DNA of 64,000 nt. It comes from a bacterium. Its GTDB lineage: Bacteria; Zhuqueibacterota; Zhuqueibacteria; Residuimicrobiales; Krinioviventaceae. The stretch spans positions 2,592,001-2,656,000 of the forward strand of contig OY843751.1 of the NCBI GenBank assembly GCA_963693055.1, written 5' to 3'. This document shows positions 47,443 through 56,895 of the stretch, piece by piece. The position numbers and the translations under genes were made by a program. Under the pieces are notes generated by a model, which saw only the letters and a program-made list of their open reading frames with translations, did not search any database and was not told the DNA's origin. Numbering within the stretch: the first letter of the stretch is position 1; the number at the start of each line of letters is the position of its first letter.

Positions 47443-47472
47443 TGAATTGCAAATTACGGGTTTGATTTTTTT

Positions 47473-47928
47473 ATGAATATGAATGTCCCATTGGGTCGGA
47501 TTTTAGCAATTGATTTTGGTGAAAAACGGATTGGTATTGCTGCCAGTGATCCGATGCAATCTCTGGCTTCAGCAATATGTACAATTGACAATACGCCTAA
47601 AAAGAAATTTGCAAAAATTGTTGATTTGGTACAGCAACATCAGATTGTTGCTATCGTTGTGGGAATGCCTTTCAATATGGATGGATCAATGGGGGATAAA
47701 GCTGTTTTGGTCCAACAATTTGTTGATAAACTAGAGCAAAGAGTGCCTAAAATTCCAGTATTTACCTGGGATGAAAGGATGACAACTATTAGTGCTGAAA
47801 ATATTTTGCATGATGTAGGTAAAGCTCCTTCTAAAAATAGACATATTATTGATCAGATCGCAGCTGAAGTAATATTAAAATCTTTTCTAGATAGGCTTGC
47901 TTTTATTAAACGTAATAGTTCTAGCTAG
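47473..47928 (+). CDS. ruvX: YqgF/RuvX pre-16S rRNA nuclease
   Basis: LAIDFGEKRIGIA.SD, VVGMP, WDERMTT, IDQIAA..IL. Confidence 0.95.
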   Translation: MNMNVPLGRILAIDFGEKRIGIAASDPMQSLASAICTIDNTPKKKFAKIVDLVQQHQIVAIVVGMPFNMDGSMGDKAVLVQQFVDKLEQRVPKIPVFTWDERMTTISAENILHDVGKAPSKNRHIIDQIAAEVILKSFLDRLAFIKRNSSS

Positions 47929-47986
47929 TATTATAACGATCATTTGCATACAATTGTGTTATTGGATTTTCCTCAGAAGGATGTAG

Positions 47987-49555
47987 ATGAAAAAAAAACT
48001 TTTTCTTGCTATACTTACCGGTCTCTTGTTCGCTGCTGCATTACCACCTTTTAAAACCGGTTTTCTTGCTTACCTTGCACTGGTTCCTTTTTATTTTCAA
48101 TTAAAAGATCTGGGTATTAAAGATGCTTTTCGCTGGGGATATGTTACAGGTGTTTTTGTTGATATATTTACCTTGTTTTGGATCGCTTGGGTCACAAAAG
48201 CTGGTTTTTTTGGTGCTTTGTTAATTTTACCACTATATTTTAGTATTTATGCAGTTTTGCATGTGTATATAGTAATGAATTTAAAAAAATGGGCATATAT
48301 TATTTTACCATTTTTATGGGTGTTTATTGAATATATACAATCTGTGTCAGAAATTGCTTTCCCCTGGAACTATCTTGGATATACTCAATCCTATTATTTA
48401 CATTTTATACAAATTGCAGATATAACATCAGTTTTTGGTCTAAGTTTTTGGATTGCATGCTTGAATGTTCTTATCTATTTGTCAATTCTAAATCGTGATA
48501 AATTATCAGCTATTTTTCGCTTTGCTGCTATTTTTGTGATAATTTTCATCCTGCCTTTAATGTATGGTGTTTACAAATTTAAAACTTTTCATTCAAGTAA
48601 AAATAAAATCAAGGTTGCGCTTGTACAGGGCAATATTGATCCTTTTGAAAAATGGAACAGAGATCTAGAGGAATCACACTTTAATATTTATGCGGATCAT
48701 ACCGCAAAAGCCAGCTTGAATGATGCCGACCTGGTAATATGGCCTGAAACAGCAACCGCATTTTATTTACGCTATGAAGCTAAATATTTGCAGCGTGTAA
48801 GAGACATGTTGGATACAACCAAAACTGCATTAATAACCGGTTCTATCGATTTTAGTTACGATTCTACCAATGCCTTTATTTATTTCAATTCTGCACTTGG
48901 ATTTCAGCCCAATCTTCCTTATATTCAGCGATATTCGAAAATGATTTTGGTTCCTTTTTCTGAAAAAGTGCCTTATTTGAATTATTTTCCTTTTAATTTA
49001 TTGAAACATTTGTTATTTGACATGGAATTAGGTATAGGTAATTATACCAAAGGTGACAAATACAAGTTGTTTTCTTTTTCAACTCGCTCGATTTATGAAA
49101 AAGAGCCTTATGGCTATCGTTACAAGGTTGCTGTTCCTATTTGTTTCGAGTCTGTTTTTCCAAACCATATTCGATTGCTGACTCGCAAAGGTGCTGATAT
49201 GCTGGCAATTATTACTAACGATGCCTGGTTTGGCAAAACCACGGCTCCTTATCAGCATACACAGATTGCAGTTTTTCGGGCAATTGAAAACCGGATCCCG
49301 GTTGCACGTTGTGCCAATACAGGGATTTCATGCTTTATTGATCCCTTAGGTAGAGTTTCGGATCAAACTGAAATATTCAAAGTTGCAGATGCTGAAAAGG
49401 TTATTGAATTAAATAAAGTTGATACATTGTACAAAACATTTGGCAATATATTTGCTCAAATTGCATCGAGTATTGCTTTAATTGCAGCACTGTTTTCTAT
49501 TGCTTTGCATATTAAAAGTCGGGGGAGACGAATTAATAACTTGAACGTGAATTAG
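47987..49555 (+). CDS. lnt: Apolipoprotein N-acyltransferase
   Basis: FPWNYLGY, VQGNI, WPETA, YSK..LVPFSE, ICFES, TNDAWF, RAIEN, ANTGIS. Confidence 0.96.
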   Translation: MKKKLFLAILTGLLFAAALPPFKTGFLAYLALVPFYFQLKDLGIKDAFRWGYVTGVFVDIFTLFWIAWVTKAGFFGALLILPLYFSIYAVLHVYIVMNLKKWAYIILPFLWVFIEYIQSVSEIAFPWNYLGYTQSYYLHFIQIADITSVFGLSFWIACLNVLIYLSILNRDKLSAIFRFAAIFVIIFILPLMYGVYKFKTFHSSKNKIKVALVQGNIDPFEKWNRDLEESHFNIYADHTAKASLNDADLVIWPETATAFYLRYEAKYLQRVRDMLDTTKTALITGSIDFSYDSTNAFIYFNSALGFQPNLPYIQRYSKMILVPFSEKVPYLNYFPFNLLKHLLFDMELGIGNYTKGDKYKLFSFSTRSIYEKEPYGYRYKVAVPICFESVFPNHIRLLTRKGADMLAIITNDAWFGKTTAPYQHTQIAVFRAIENRIPVARCANTGISCFIDPLGRVSDQTEIFKVADAEKVIELNKVDTLYKTFGNIFAQIASSIALIAALFSIALHIKSRGRRINNLNVN

Positions 49556-49559
49556 ACTT

Positions 49560-50576
49560 TTGAACAAGATTTTTATATTATTTTTGATTTTTTTGGCTAT
49601 TCCTGCTTTTGCAAATAGTCATCTATATAACATGACGCATACAATTAAATCGCATTCAATTGCAGTTGGTGATGCTTTTACTGCGGTAAGTGGTGGTTTA
49701 AATAGTACAATGTTTAATCCTGCAACATTGGGTTTAAATAAATTTACCAATACAGTCAAGTATAATTACTATTTAAATCCAACAGGTGCATATTCATTGA
49801 TTGATGAATATGGAGATATTTCAGATTCCAGAAATATGGAATCTATGGACTATGTACATCTGTTTGGTTCTGTTTTTAAAGGATTTACTTTTGCGCGCCC
49901 TGCATTTTCCGCTGCATTGGTATTATCTGAACCATTGATGAATTTAAACAGTTTATCAATTGAAGATAGAAACCGAATGATTTCCAGTAAATATCTGTTA
50001 GATAGTAATTATGATATTTTAACCTTAAAGTTGGAACTTGCTGAACAGATTGCAATTGGTGCGTCGGGATTTTTATTTACAACATCTGACGATAGTTCTT
50101 TTTCAAGACAGAACGGTACATCTTATGGAGTTTTTTTAAAACCCTATCCTTTCTTTGCTGTGGGTGTATGTTATTTTGATGTACCTAAAAATGTATCTGA
50201 AATTTTGTTTCAAAATAATAGATTGCTGGATGAGACAATTAATGTTGGTATTCAGTTTACTATTGAAAATCTAGCTGTAAATTTAGATGTTCGCAATGTT
50301 TCAGACGAAGAAAAACACAATATCCGTGAAGTTCATACAGGGCTGGAATACAGTATATTAAATGTAACCTCGCTTCGCTGTGGTTACTACTTTGAACAGG
50401 AAAATGATACACATGTATATTCAGCAGGATTAGGTCTTTTAAATAATAATTTTCTTCATTCAATTGAAAATTCTTTTTTAAATAATGATTTTGCCATTAA
50501 TTATGGTTTTCAATATCAAAAAGGCCCTCTGGATAATGTCTATTATCATTATCTGGGATTTTTATTGAGATTTTAG
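49560..50576 (+). CDS. Putative outer-membrane beta-barrel, divergent PorV/FadL-like
   Basis: Signal peptide; SIAVGDAFTAVSGG..MFNPATL hatch-like motif; C-terminal YLGFLLRF beta-signal. Confidence 0.65.
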   Translation: MNKIFILFLIFLAIPAFANSHLYNMTHTIKSHSIAVGDAFTAVSGGLNSTMFNPATLGLNKFTNTVKYNYYLNPTGAYSLIDEYGDISDSRNMESMDYVHLFGSVFKGFTFARPAFSAALVLSEPLMNLNSLSIEDRNRMISSKYLLDSNYDILTLKLELAEQIAIGASGFLFTTSDDSSFSRQNGTSYGVFLKPYPFFAVGVCYFDVPKNVSEILFQNNRLLDETINVGIQFTIENLAVNLDVRNVSDEEKHNIREVHTGLEYSILNVTSLRCGYYFEQENDTHVYSAGLGLLNNNFLHSIENSFLNNDFAINYGFQYQKGPLDNVYYHYLGFLLRF

Positions 50577-50602
50577 GAACTTGAATCGTTATAAAAAGTT
50601 AA

Positions 50603-51220
50603 ATGAACGTATTTGTTAAAACAAGTTTTTTAATTTTATTTTTTGTGCAACTCTTGTTTGCTCAAATTAATGATGCTGTAACTTTAAATAATCTAGCTGT
50701 ATTTAAAGAACTCGTAAATAAAAGTTTAAATAAATTTATTGAATCTATAGATCACAAAAATTCTATTATTTTAAAAGTACAGGCACCAGATGATTTTAAA
50801 TGGATTTTTGAAGAACAGATTTCACGTTTTGTAAATGAAAAATCTATAGCTGCTGTATACAATTTTCCAAAGACGGACAGTATGCAATCTGCTCTTTTAC
50901 TCGATATAAAATTGCAAAAAAGTAAGATAGAGTACAAATCATACTCTTTTTTACCAAAAGATAAAATACTTAGAAGTATCTATTTGGATTATTATATTAA
51001 TTTAACTCAATCTAATAATAAAGTTATTTTATCAGAACAATATACAAATACATTTCAAGATACCATTAAAACAGACCAGATAAATCAATTACAGGATATT
51101 AATTATCCCTTTACAGTAGGTAAAAAACAAAGTAAAATAAAAAATATATTTGAACCTTTATTGATTATGTCGGTAACCGGAACAATTGTTTATATTTTTT
51201 ATGCATTCAGGAGTAAATAG
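50603..51220 (+). CDS. Hypothetical exported protein with C-terminal hydrophobic anchor
   Basis: Signal peptide ending LLFA-Q; C-terminal EPLLIMSVTGTIVYIFYAFRSK. Confidence 0.65.
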   Translation: MNVFVKTSFLILFFVQLLFAQINDAVTLNNLAVFKELVNKSLNKFIESIDHKNSIILKVQAPDDFKWIFEEQISRFVNEKSIAAVYNFPKTDSMQSALLLDIKLQKSKIEYKSYSFLPKDKILRSIYLDYYINLTQSNNKVILSEQYTNTFQDTIKTDQINQLQDINYPFTVGKKQSKIKNIFEPLLIMSVTGTIVYIFYAFRSK

Positions 51221-51239
51221 AAACAGGGACAAACCACTT

Positions 51240-52043
51240 ATGAATTTTAAAAATTTAACTACATTACTTGTACTTTTGCTTTCAATTTTATTTTTGTCAG
51301 CATGTGGATCAAAGAAATTAAAGCCCAATCTTCCTATTGAAGAGCGGATGAAGCTTGCTATTGAAATGTTTGAAAAAGAAGATTATTACGATGCCAAAAC
51401 TCAGTTCAGAATTGTTACGTTGAGTTATAGTGGACATGCAATGGCTGATAAAGCACAGTTTTATTTAGCAGAATGTCATTTCAATGAAAAGGAATACATC
51501 CTTTCTGCGAGTGAATACGAGAGATTGATCAAAGTTTTTCCGAATTCCGAATATGTTGATGATGCCAAATATAAACTTGGCAAAAGTTACAGTATGCTTG
51601 CACCCAATCCCGCATTAGATCAAGAGTATACTGAAAAAGCAATCAAGGAATATCAGGAATTTCTTGAAGATTATTATTTCAGCCCATTGGTTGAAACTGT
51701 TGAAAAAGAACTTGCCACAGCAAAAAACAAGATGGCCAAAAAATTATATGATGCTGCAACCCAATACCGAAAAATGAGTCAATCTCGTGCAGCTATAATA
51801 TATTTTAACAAAGTTCTTGAAGGATATTATGAATCTGATTATGCACCATTAGCCCAGTATTGGATTGGTGAATGTCATAAACGTTTAAAAGAATATACCG
51901 AAGCACGCGATGCTTATAATGCATTTATTGAGAAATATCCCAAACATGATTTAATCTCAAAAGCCAGAGATCGGCTTGAAGATATTCAAAATGAAATTGT
52001 CAAACAGGAAAACGAATCTGATAAAGGAGATACAAATACTTGA
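51240..52043 (+). CDS. bamD: Outer membrane protein assembly factor BamD
   Basis: Lipobox LSAC, TPR repeats, LDQEYT.KAI..YQ.F, AA..YF..V; start at ATG 51240. Confidence 0.9.
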   Translation: MNFKNLTTLLVLLLSILFLSACGSKKLKPNLPIEERMKLAIEMFEKEDYYDAKTQFRIVTLSYSGHAMADKAQFYLAECHFNEKEYILSASEYERLIKVFPNSEYVDDAKYKLGKSYSMLAPNPALDQEYTEKAIKEYQEFLEDYYFSPLVETVEKELATAKNKMAKKLYDAATQYRKMSQSRAAIIYFNKVLEGYYESDYAPLAQYWIGECHKRLKEYTEARDAYNAFIEKYPKHDLISKARDRLEDIQNEIVKQENESDKGDTNT

Positions 52044-52615
52044 GAATTTGCCTGTATGGCGGTACCTATGATCCAATTCATAATGCTCATTTAACCATTG
52101 CAGAGTGTGCTGTTGAACAACTATTTCTTGATGAACTTGTCTTTATGCCTTCTGCAATTTCCCCACACAAAACCAGACAAACAGTTGCAAAGTCCGATGC
52201 AAGATTGTTAATGGTGCAAACAGCAATAAAATCATACCCTGCTTTTTCAGCTTCTGATTATGAGATGAAAAAACAGGGTATTTCTTTTACTGTAGAAACT
52301 GTAGAGCATCTTGCTATTTTGTATAATGTTAGCCGTGATGATTTTTTTATGCTTATTGGTGAAGACAATTACAAGGATTTTGAAAAGTGGAGGGAGCCTG
52401 AAAAAATTCTTGAATTGTGTACTCCGGTTGTTGCTGCCCGTCCTGGATTTTCCAAGTATAGCATACAAAGTAAAGAATTTTTATTTCTGGATTCCCCCTT
52501 GATGGATATCTCTTCAACGAAAATACGTAATCGTGTAAAGAAGAATCAGCCCATTGATGAGCTTGTACCCAATTCTGTAGCAGAGATTATTTATAAATAT
52601 AAACTTTATTTATAA
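52040..52615 (+). CDS. nadD: Nicotinate-nucleotide adenylyltransferase
   Basis: GGTYDPIHNAH, SPHK, LIGED, ISSTKIR. Confidence 0.96.
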   Translation: MRICLYGGTYDPIHNAHLTIAECAVEQLFLDELVFMPSAISPHKTRQTVAKSDARLLMVQTAIKSYPAFSASDYEMKKQGISFTVETVEHLAILYNVSRDDFFMLIGEDNYKDFEKWREPEKILELCTPVVAARPGFSKYSIQSKEFLFLDSPLMDISSTKIRNRVKKNQPIDELVPNSVAEIIYKYKLYL

Positions 52616-52926
52616 TCTTGGTCTTGTTTACCCATTGTGTTCAAGTGATCATTTATTTCTGTTAGTGTATTATTGAATTGGAGTGGGTGACTGCGATAAT
52701 ACTCGATCACTTTAACAAATTCTTTTTCATCCATATCGAACTTGATCAGTGATGAATCCAAGAGTTCTTCTTTGGGAGTATTCAGTGAATCCAGTTGAAT
52801 TTTTTCAAGATAATAGGTGTATACCAGCAATCCCTTTTCTATCAATTCTTCAGGCATTGTTTTATCAATAGTAGGTTTTGAGCAAAAAATAAATACAAAA
52901 AATAGTAGAATAGTATATCGTTTCAT
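52606..52926 (-). CDS. Small helical lipoprotein (DUF4296-like, tentative)
   Basis: MKRYTILLFFVFIF-C signal; F...IEYY..HP pattern; AAGGA RBS. Confidence 0.6.
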   Translation of the reverse strand: MKRYTILLFFVFIFCSKPTIDKTMPEELIEKGLLVYTYYLEKIQLDSLNTPKEELLDSSLIKFDMDEKEFVKVIEYYRSHPLQFNNTLTEINDHLNTMGKQDQDYK

Positions 52927-53040
52927 TTATTATCCTTGTTTATATCTTTATAAATTAGAAAATAAATAATAAAAATCCAATAGCATTTCTTTGCTTGATT
53001 TTTAACAATTTATTTGATAATTTTAAAACTTGATGTTAAC

Positions 53041-53064
53041 AGCGCCGATTTATCGGCGCTTTTT
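53041..53064 (+). terminator. Intrinsic terminator-like hairpin immediately upstream of radA
   Basis: AGCGCCGA-TTTA-TCGGCGCT followed by TTTT. Confidence 0.6.
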
Positions 53065-53079
53065 GTATGAAAAATCCAA

Positions 53080-54453
53080 ATGGCAAAAAACAAAAAAGAT
53101 AAAACACATTTTGTATGTCAAAACTGTGGCTACGATACTTTGCGTTGGCAAGGCAAATGTCCATCTTGTGACTCTTGGAATAGTTTTGTTGAAGAACGCG
53201 TTCAGACAGTTGCTGATGTGGTAACAATTTCTGATATAGTGGAGCACAAGGCCCCGCAGATATTAAGTAAAATCATTACAGATGATGCGCCCAGATTGAA
53301 AACCGCAAGCACTGAATTTAATCGAGTGCTGGGTGGAGGAATTGTTCCGGGTTCTGTAATTTTGCTTGGTGGTGATCCGGGAATTGGTAAATCTACATTG
53401 TTGCTGCAAGAGGCCGCCCATTTTACCAAACCAGATTTTTCTGTACTTTATATCAGCGGTGAAGAGTCAACCCGGCAGATTAAAATGCGGGCAAATCGCT
53501 TAAACATAGATTCTGAACATTTATATGTATTAGCAGAAACAGAGTTAGAAGCTTCGATAAATGCTATTGAAAAGATTAAGCCATCACTGGTGATCATAGA
53601 CTCTATTCAAACCGTTTATGCCAGTTATCTTGATAGTGCACCAGGCAGTATTAGCCAGGTTCGTGAATGTGCGTTAAAGTTTATACAGGTTGCCAAATCT
53701 AATACAATTCCCATTATATTTGTTGGCCATGTTACAAAAGAAGGCTATCTGGCAGGACCTAAAGTTTTAGAACATATGGTAGACGCTTTACTTTTATTTG
53801 AAGGTGATCGTGACCATTTTCATCGAATATTAAGATCTGCGAAAAATCGATTTGGTTCAACAAGAGAAATTGGCGTTTTTGAAATGATTGATCGGGGGTT
53901 GATGGATGTTGTAAATCCTTCTGCTGTTTTTTTATCTGAACGTCGTGCAGATACCAGTGGTTCAACTGTGATCTGTTGTATGGAAGGAACACGACCCATT
54001 TTGGTAGAAATTCAGGCTTTGATTGCACCAGCAAATTACGGGATGCCGCAACGTACAACCACCGGTTTGGATTACAAAAGAACAGGAATGCTGCTGGCAG
54101 TATTGGAAAAACGTTTAGGATATAGAATTAAAAATATGGATGTTTTTGTGAATGCGGTTGGCGGTATGAGAATTGATGAGACAGCAGCAGATTTAGGTGT
54201 GCTGGCTTGTATGGCATCAAACATTAGCAATAAAATTGTAGATTCTCAAGCTCTGTTGCTTGGTGAAGTCGGCCTGGGTGGCGAATTACGATCTGTATCT
54301 CATATTGAATCCCGTTTGGCAGAAGCTGAAAAAATGGGATTCCTTTATGCAATCATCCCGGCAAGTAACAAAAAAAGTATTTCAAAATCATTTGATATAG
54401 AAATAAGAACAGCTAAAACAGCTCAGGAAGCATTATCACAAATATTAAACTAG
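53080..54453 (+). CDS. radA: DNA repair protein RadA/Sms
   Basis: C4 zinc finger CQNCG..WQGKCPSC, GDPGIGKST, KNRFG, EGTRP. Confidence 0.98.
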   Translation: MAKNKKDKTHFVCQNCGYDTLRWQGKCPSCDSWNSFVEERVQTVADVVTISDIVEHKAPQILSKIITDDAPRLKTASTEFNRVLGGGIVPGSVILLGGDPGIGKSTLLLQEAAHFTKPDFSVLYISGEESTRQIKMRANRLNIDSEHLYVLAETELEASINAIEKIKPSLVIIDSIQTVYASYLDSAPGSISQVRECALKFIQVAKSNTIPIIFVGHVTKEGYLAGPKVLEHMVDALLLFEGDRDHFHRILRSAKNRFGSTREIGVFEMIDRGLMDVVNPSAVFLSERRADTSGSTVICCMEGTRPILVEIQALIAPANYGMPQRTTTGLDYKRTGMLLAVLEKRLGYRIKNMDVFVNAVGGMRIDETAADLGVLACMASNISNKIVDSQALLLGEVGLGGELRSVSHIESRLAEAEKMGFLYAIIPASNKKSISKSFDIEIRTAKTAQEALSQILN

Positions 54454-54454
54454 T

Positions 54455-55576
54455 ATGAAATTTACATTAGAACACACAGATCACACAACACAAGCCCGTG
54501 CCGGTATACTTGAAACCGCGCATGGCGTTATTAAAACCCCAATATTTATGCCGGTAGGTACTCAGGCATCTGTTAAAGCGATCTCTCCGCTGGATTTGAA
54601 CGAGTTAAAGGCGCAAATTATTTTAGGAAATACGTATCATTTATATTTGCGTCCCGGGACAGAGATTGTTAAAAAAGCAGGGGGGATTCAAAAGTTTAGC
54701 AGTTGGCACGGTCCTGTTTTGACAGATAGTGGTGGTTACCAGGTTTTTAGTTTAAGCGATTTGAACAAAGTCTCCAAAGAAGGCTTCAAGTTTCAATCTC
54801 ATCTTGATGGTTCTTATCATCATTTTACTCCTGAGAATGTAGTTCAGCATCAGCGTGAGTTGGGTTCTGATATTATGATGGTACTTGACGAATGTGTTCC
54901 TTATCCTGCTGAATTTCATTATGTCAAAAAGTCCAATGCCATTACAATAGATTGGGCCGCAAGAAGTATAAAAACATTCAAAGAAATGGGCCCTGTGCAC
55001 GATTTTGATCAAACCCTTTTTGCTATTGTTCAGGGTGGAACCTATACAGACCTTCGCAGGGATTGTGCAAATGCCCTGGTGGATATGGATTTCCCGGGTT
55101 ATGCAGTAGGTGGTTTATCGGTTGGTGAACCCAAAGATGATATGTACAACATGACATCTGTTTGTACAGAAATTTTACCCAAAGAAAAACCCCGTTATCT
55201 TATGGGTGTAGGAAAACCAGAAGATCTTTTAGAAGGAATTGAACGTGGAATAGACATGTTTGATTGTATATTGCCAACCAGAAATGGTAGAAATGGCATG
55301 GCATTTACAACCGAGGGACCTGTATCTATCAAAAATGCAAAGCATAAAGAATCTTTTATACCGCTGGATTCTCATTGTGATTGTTATACATGCAGGACTT
55401 TTAGTCGTGCATATTTGCGCCATTTGTATGTAGCTCAGGAATTATTGGTTTTAAAATTACTCAGTTATCACAATATTCATTTTTATTTACGTTTTGTAGA
55501 AAATATAAGAACTGCAATTTTAGAGAACCGTTTCTCTCAATTTAAAAAAGATTTTTTAACCGTTTATAACTCGTAA
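54455..55576 (+). CDS. tgt: Queuine tRNA-ribosyltransferase
   Basis: TPIFMPVGT, NTYHL, TDSGGYQVFSL, GGLSVGE, RYLMGVG, CDCYTC. Confidence 0.98.
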   Translation: MKFTLEHTDHTTQARAGILETAHGVIKTPIFMPVGTQASVKAISPLDLNELKAQIILGNTYHLYLRPGTEIVKKAGGIQKFSSWHGPVLTDSGGYQVFSLSDLNKVSKEGFKFQSHLDGSYHHFTPENVVQHQRELGSDIMMVLDECVPYPAEFHYVKKSNAITIDWAARSIKTFKEMGPVHDFDQTLFAIVQGGTYTDLRRDCANALVDMDFPGYAVGGLSVGEPKDDMYNMTSVCTEILPKEKPRYLMGVGKPEDLLEGIERGIDMFDCILPTRNGRNGMAFTTEGPVSIKNAKHKESFIPLDSHCDCYTCRTFSRAYLRHLYVAQELLVLKLLSYHNIHFYLRFVENIRTAILENRFSQFKKDFLTVYNS

Positions 55577-55597
55577 ACACATTAAAAGGAGTTCAAT

Positions 55598-55948
55598 ATG
55601 TTGTCAACAATGTTATACGTTTTTGCCATGGCAGGCGGTACAGCACCACAATCAGGCGAAGCAGCAAATCCAATAGGTATGTTTTTGCCTATTATCTTGA
55701 TTTTTGCAATCATGTACTTGTTAATATTTCGTCCCCAGGCTAAAAAACAAAAAGAGCACCAAAAGATGTTGAACACTCTTGAAAAAGGTGTTGAAGTTGT
55801 TACCGCAGGTGGTATCTATGGTACCGTGATGGGTTTAAAAAAGAATGATACCGTAGTAATTTTGAAAATTGCTGACAATGTGAAAATTGATATTACCAAA
55901 TCTTCAATTTCTCAGATTGTAATGCCAGAAGACACTCAAAAGAAATAA
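55598..55948 (+). CDS. yajC: Preprotein translocase subunit YajC
   Basis: MYLLIFRPQ.KKQKEH, VVTAGGIYG; follows tgt. Confidence 0.96.
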   Translation: MLSTMLYVFAMAGGTAPQSGEAANPIGMFLPIILIFAIMYLLIFRPQAKKQKEHQKMLNTLEKGVEVVTAGGIYGTVMGLKKNDTVVILKIADNVKIDITKSSISQIVMPEDTQKK

Positions 55949-55961
55949 TTGGTTTACTGTT

Positions 55962-56891
55962 ATGAAAATTGTGTTTATGGGAACACCAGAATTTGCTGTT
56001 CCCTGTTTTAATACGTTGTTAAATCACCATGACATTATTGGAGTTGTAACTGTTCCGGATAAACCGGCAGGAAGAGGGCGTAAGCTAAAAGCTTCTGCAA
56101 TTAAACAGGCTGCTCTAGATGCAGGCATACCTGTAGCTCAACCTGAGGATTTAAAATCCGCTGATTTTATTAATCAGTTAAAAGAGTGGAACGCTGATCT
56201 TTATGCTGTTGTTGCCTTCAGAATTTTACCTGAAATTGTGTTTACTATTCCACCAAAAGGAACGGTGAATTTACACGCATCACTCTTGCCGCAATTACGC
56301 GGTGCGGCTCCAATTAATTGGGCTTTGATCAATGGTGATAATCAATCTGGAGTTACTACTTTTTTTATTGAAAGAAAAGTTGATACCGGAAATATTTTAT
56401 TACAGCAGAGTGTGGAATTAACTCCATATACTACTGCTGGTGAATTGCATGATAAGCTGTCAGGAACCGGCGCTCAGGTGTTGTTAGATACCTGTAATGG
56501 TATTGAAGAAAATACACTAAAAGCTCAACCTCAGAAAGGTGAGGTTACTCTTGCCCCCAAGATCACCAAAGAATTGTGCAATATCGATTGGAACCAGTCT
56601 GCTGAAAATATCCATAACCTGATACGCGGATTGTCTCCTTTTCCCGGTGCTTTTTCTTATCTTGATGGCAAACAGGTGAAAATCATAAAAACAGATTTTT
56701 CTAATGATATCAAAAAGGACAGTTTTCCTGGCAGAATATCTCAAACTGGAAAAGCAGAGATACTGGTTGAGACTATTAAAGGTACTTTGATAATCAAAGA
56801 GCTCAAACCTGAAGGCAAACGTTCCATGGCTGTTGAAGAGTATTTACGAGGCAATTCTCTTGAGTCAGGCAAAATATTTGGTGAACATTAA
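55962..56891 (+). CDS. fmt: Methionyl-tRNA formyltransferase
   Basis: FMGTPEFA, PDKPAGRG, NLHASLLP.LRGAAPI, DTGNI. Confidence 0.97.
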   Translation: MKIVFMGTPEFAVPCFNTLLNHHDIIGVVTVPDKPAGRGRKLKASAIKQAALDAGIPVAQPEDLKSADFINQLKEWNADLYAVVAFRILPEIVFTIPPKGTVNLHASLLPQLRGAAPINWALINGDNQSGVTTFFIERKVDTGNILLQQSVELTPYTTAGELHDKLSGTGAQVLLDTCNGIEENTLKAQPQKGEVTLAPKITKELCNIDWNQSAENIHNLIRGLSPFPGAFSYLDGKQVKIIKTDFSNDIKKDSFPGRISQTGKAEILVETIKGTLIIKELKPEGKRSMAVEEYLRGNSLESGKIFGEH

Positions 56892-56895
56892 TCTT

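Noticed and set aside
53030-53247. Short ORFs over the radA leader (64, 63 and 65 aa) as leader peptides
   Set aside because: They overlap radA out of frame or antisense, lack an RBS and show no recognisable features
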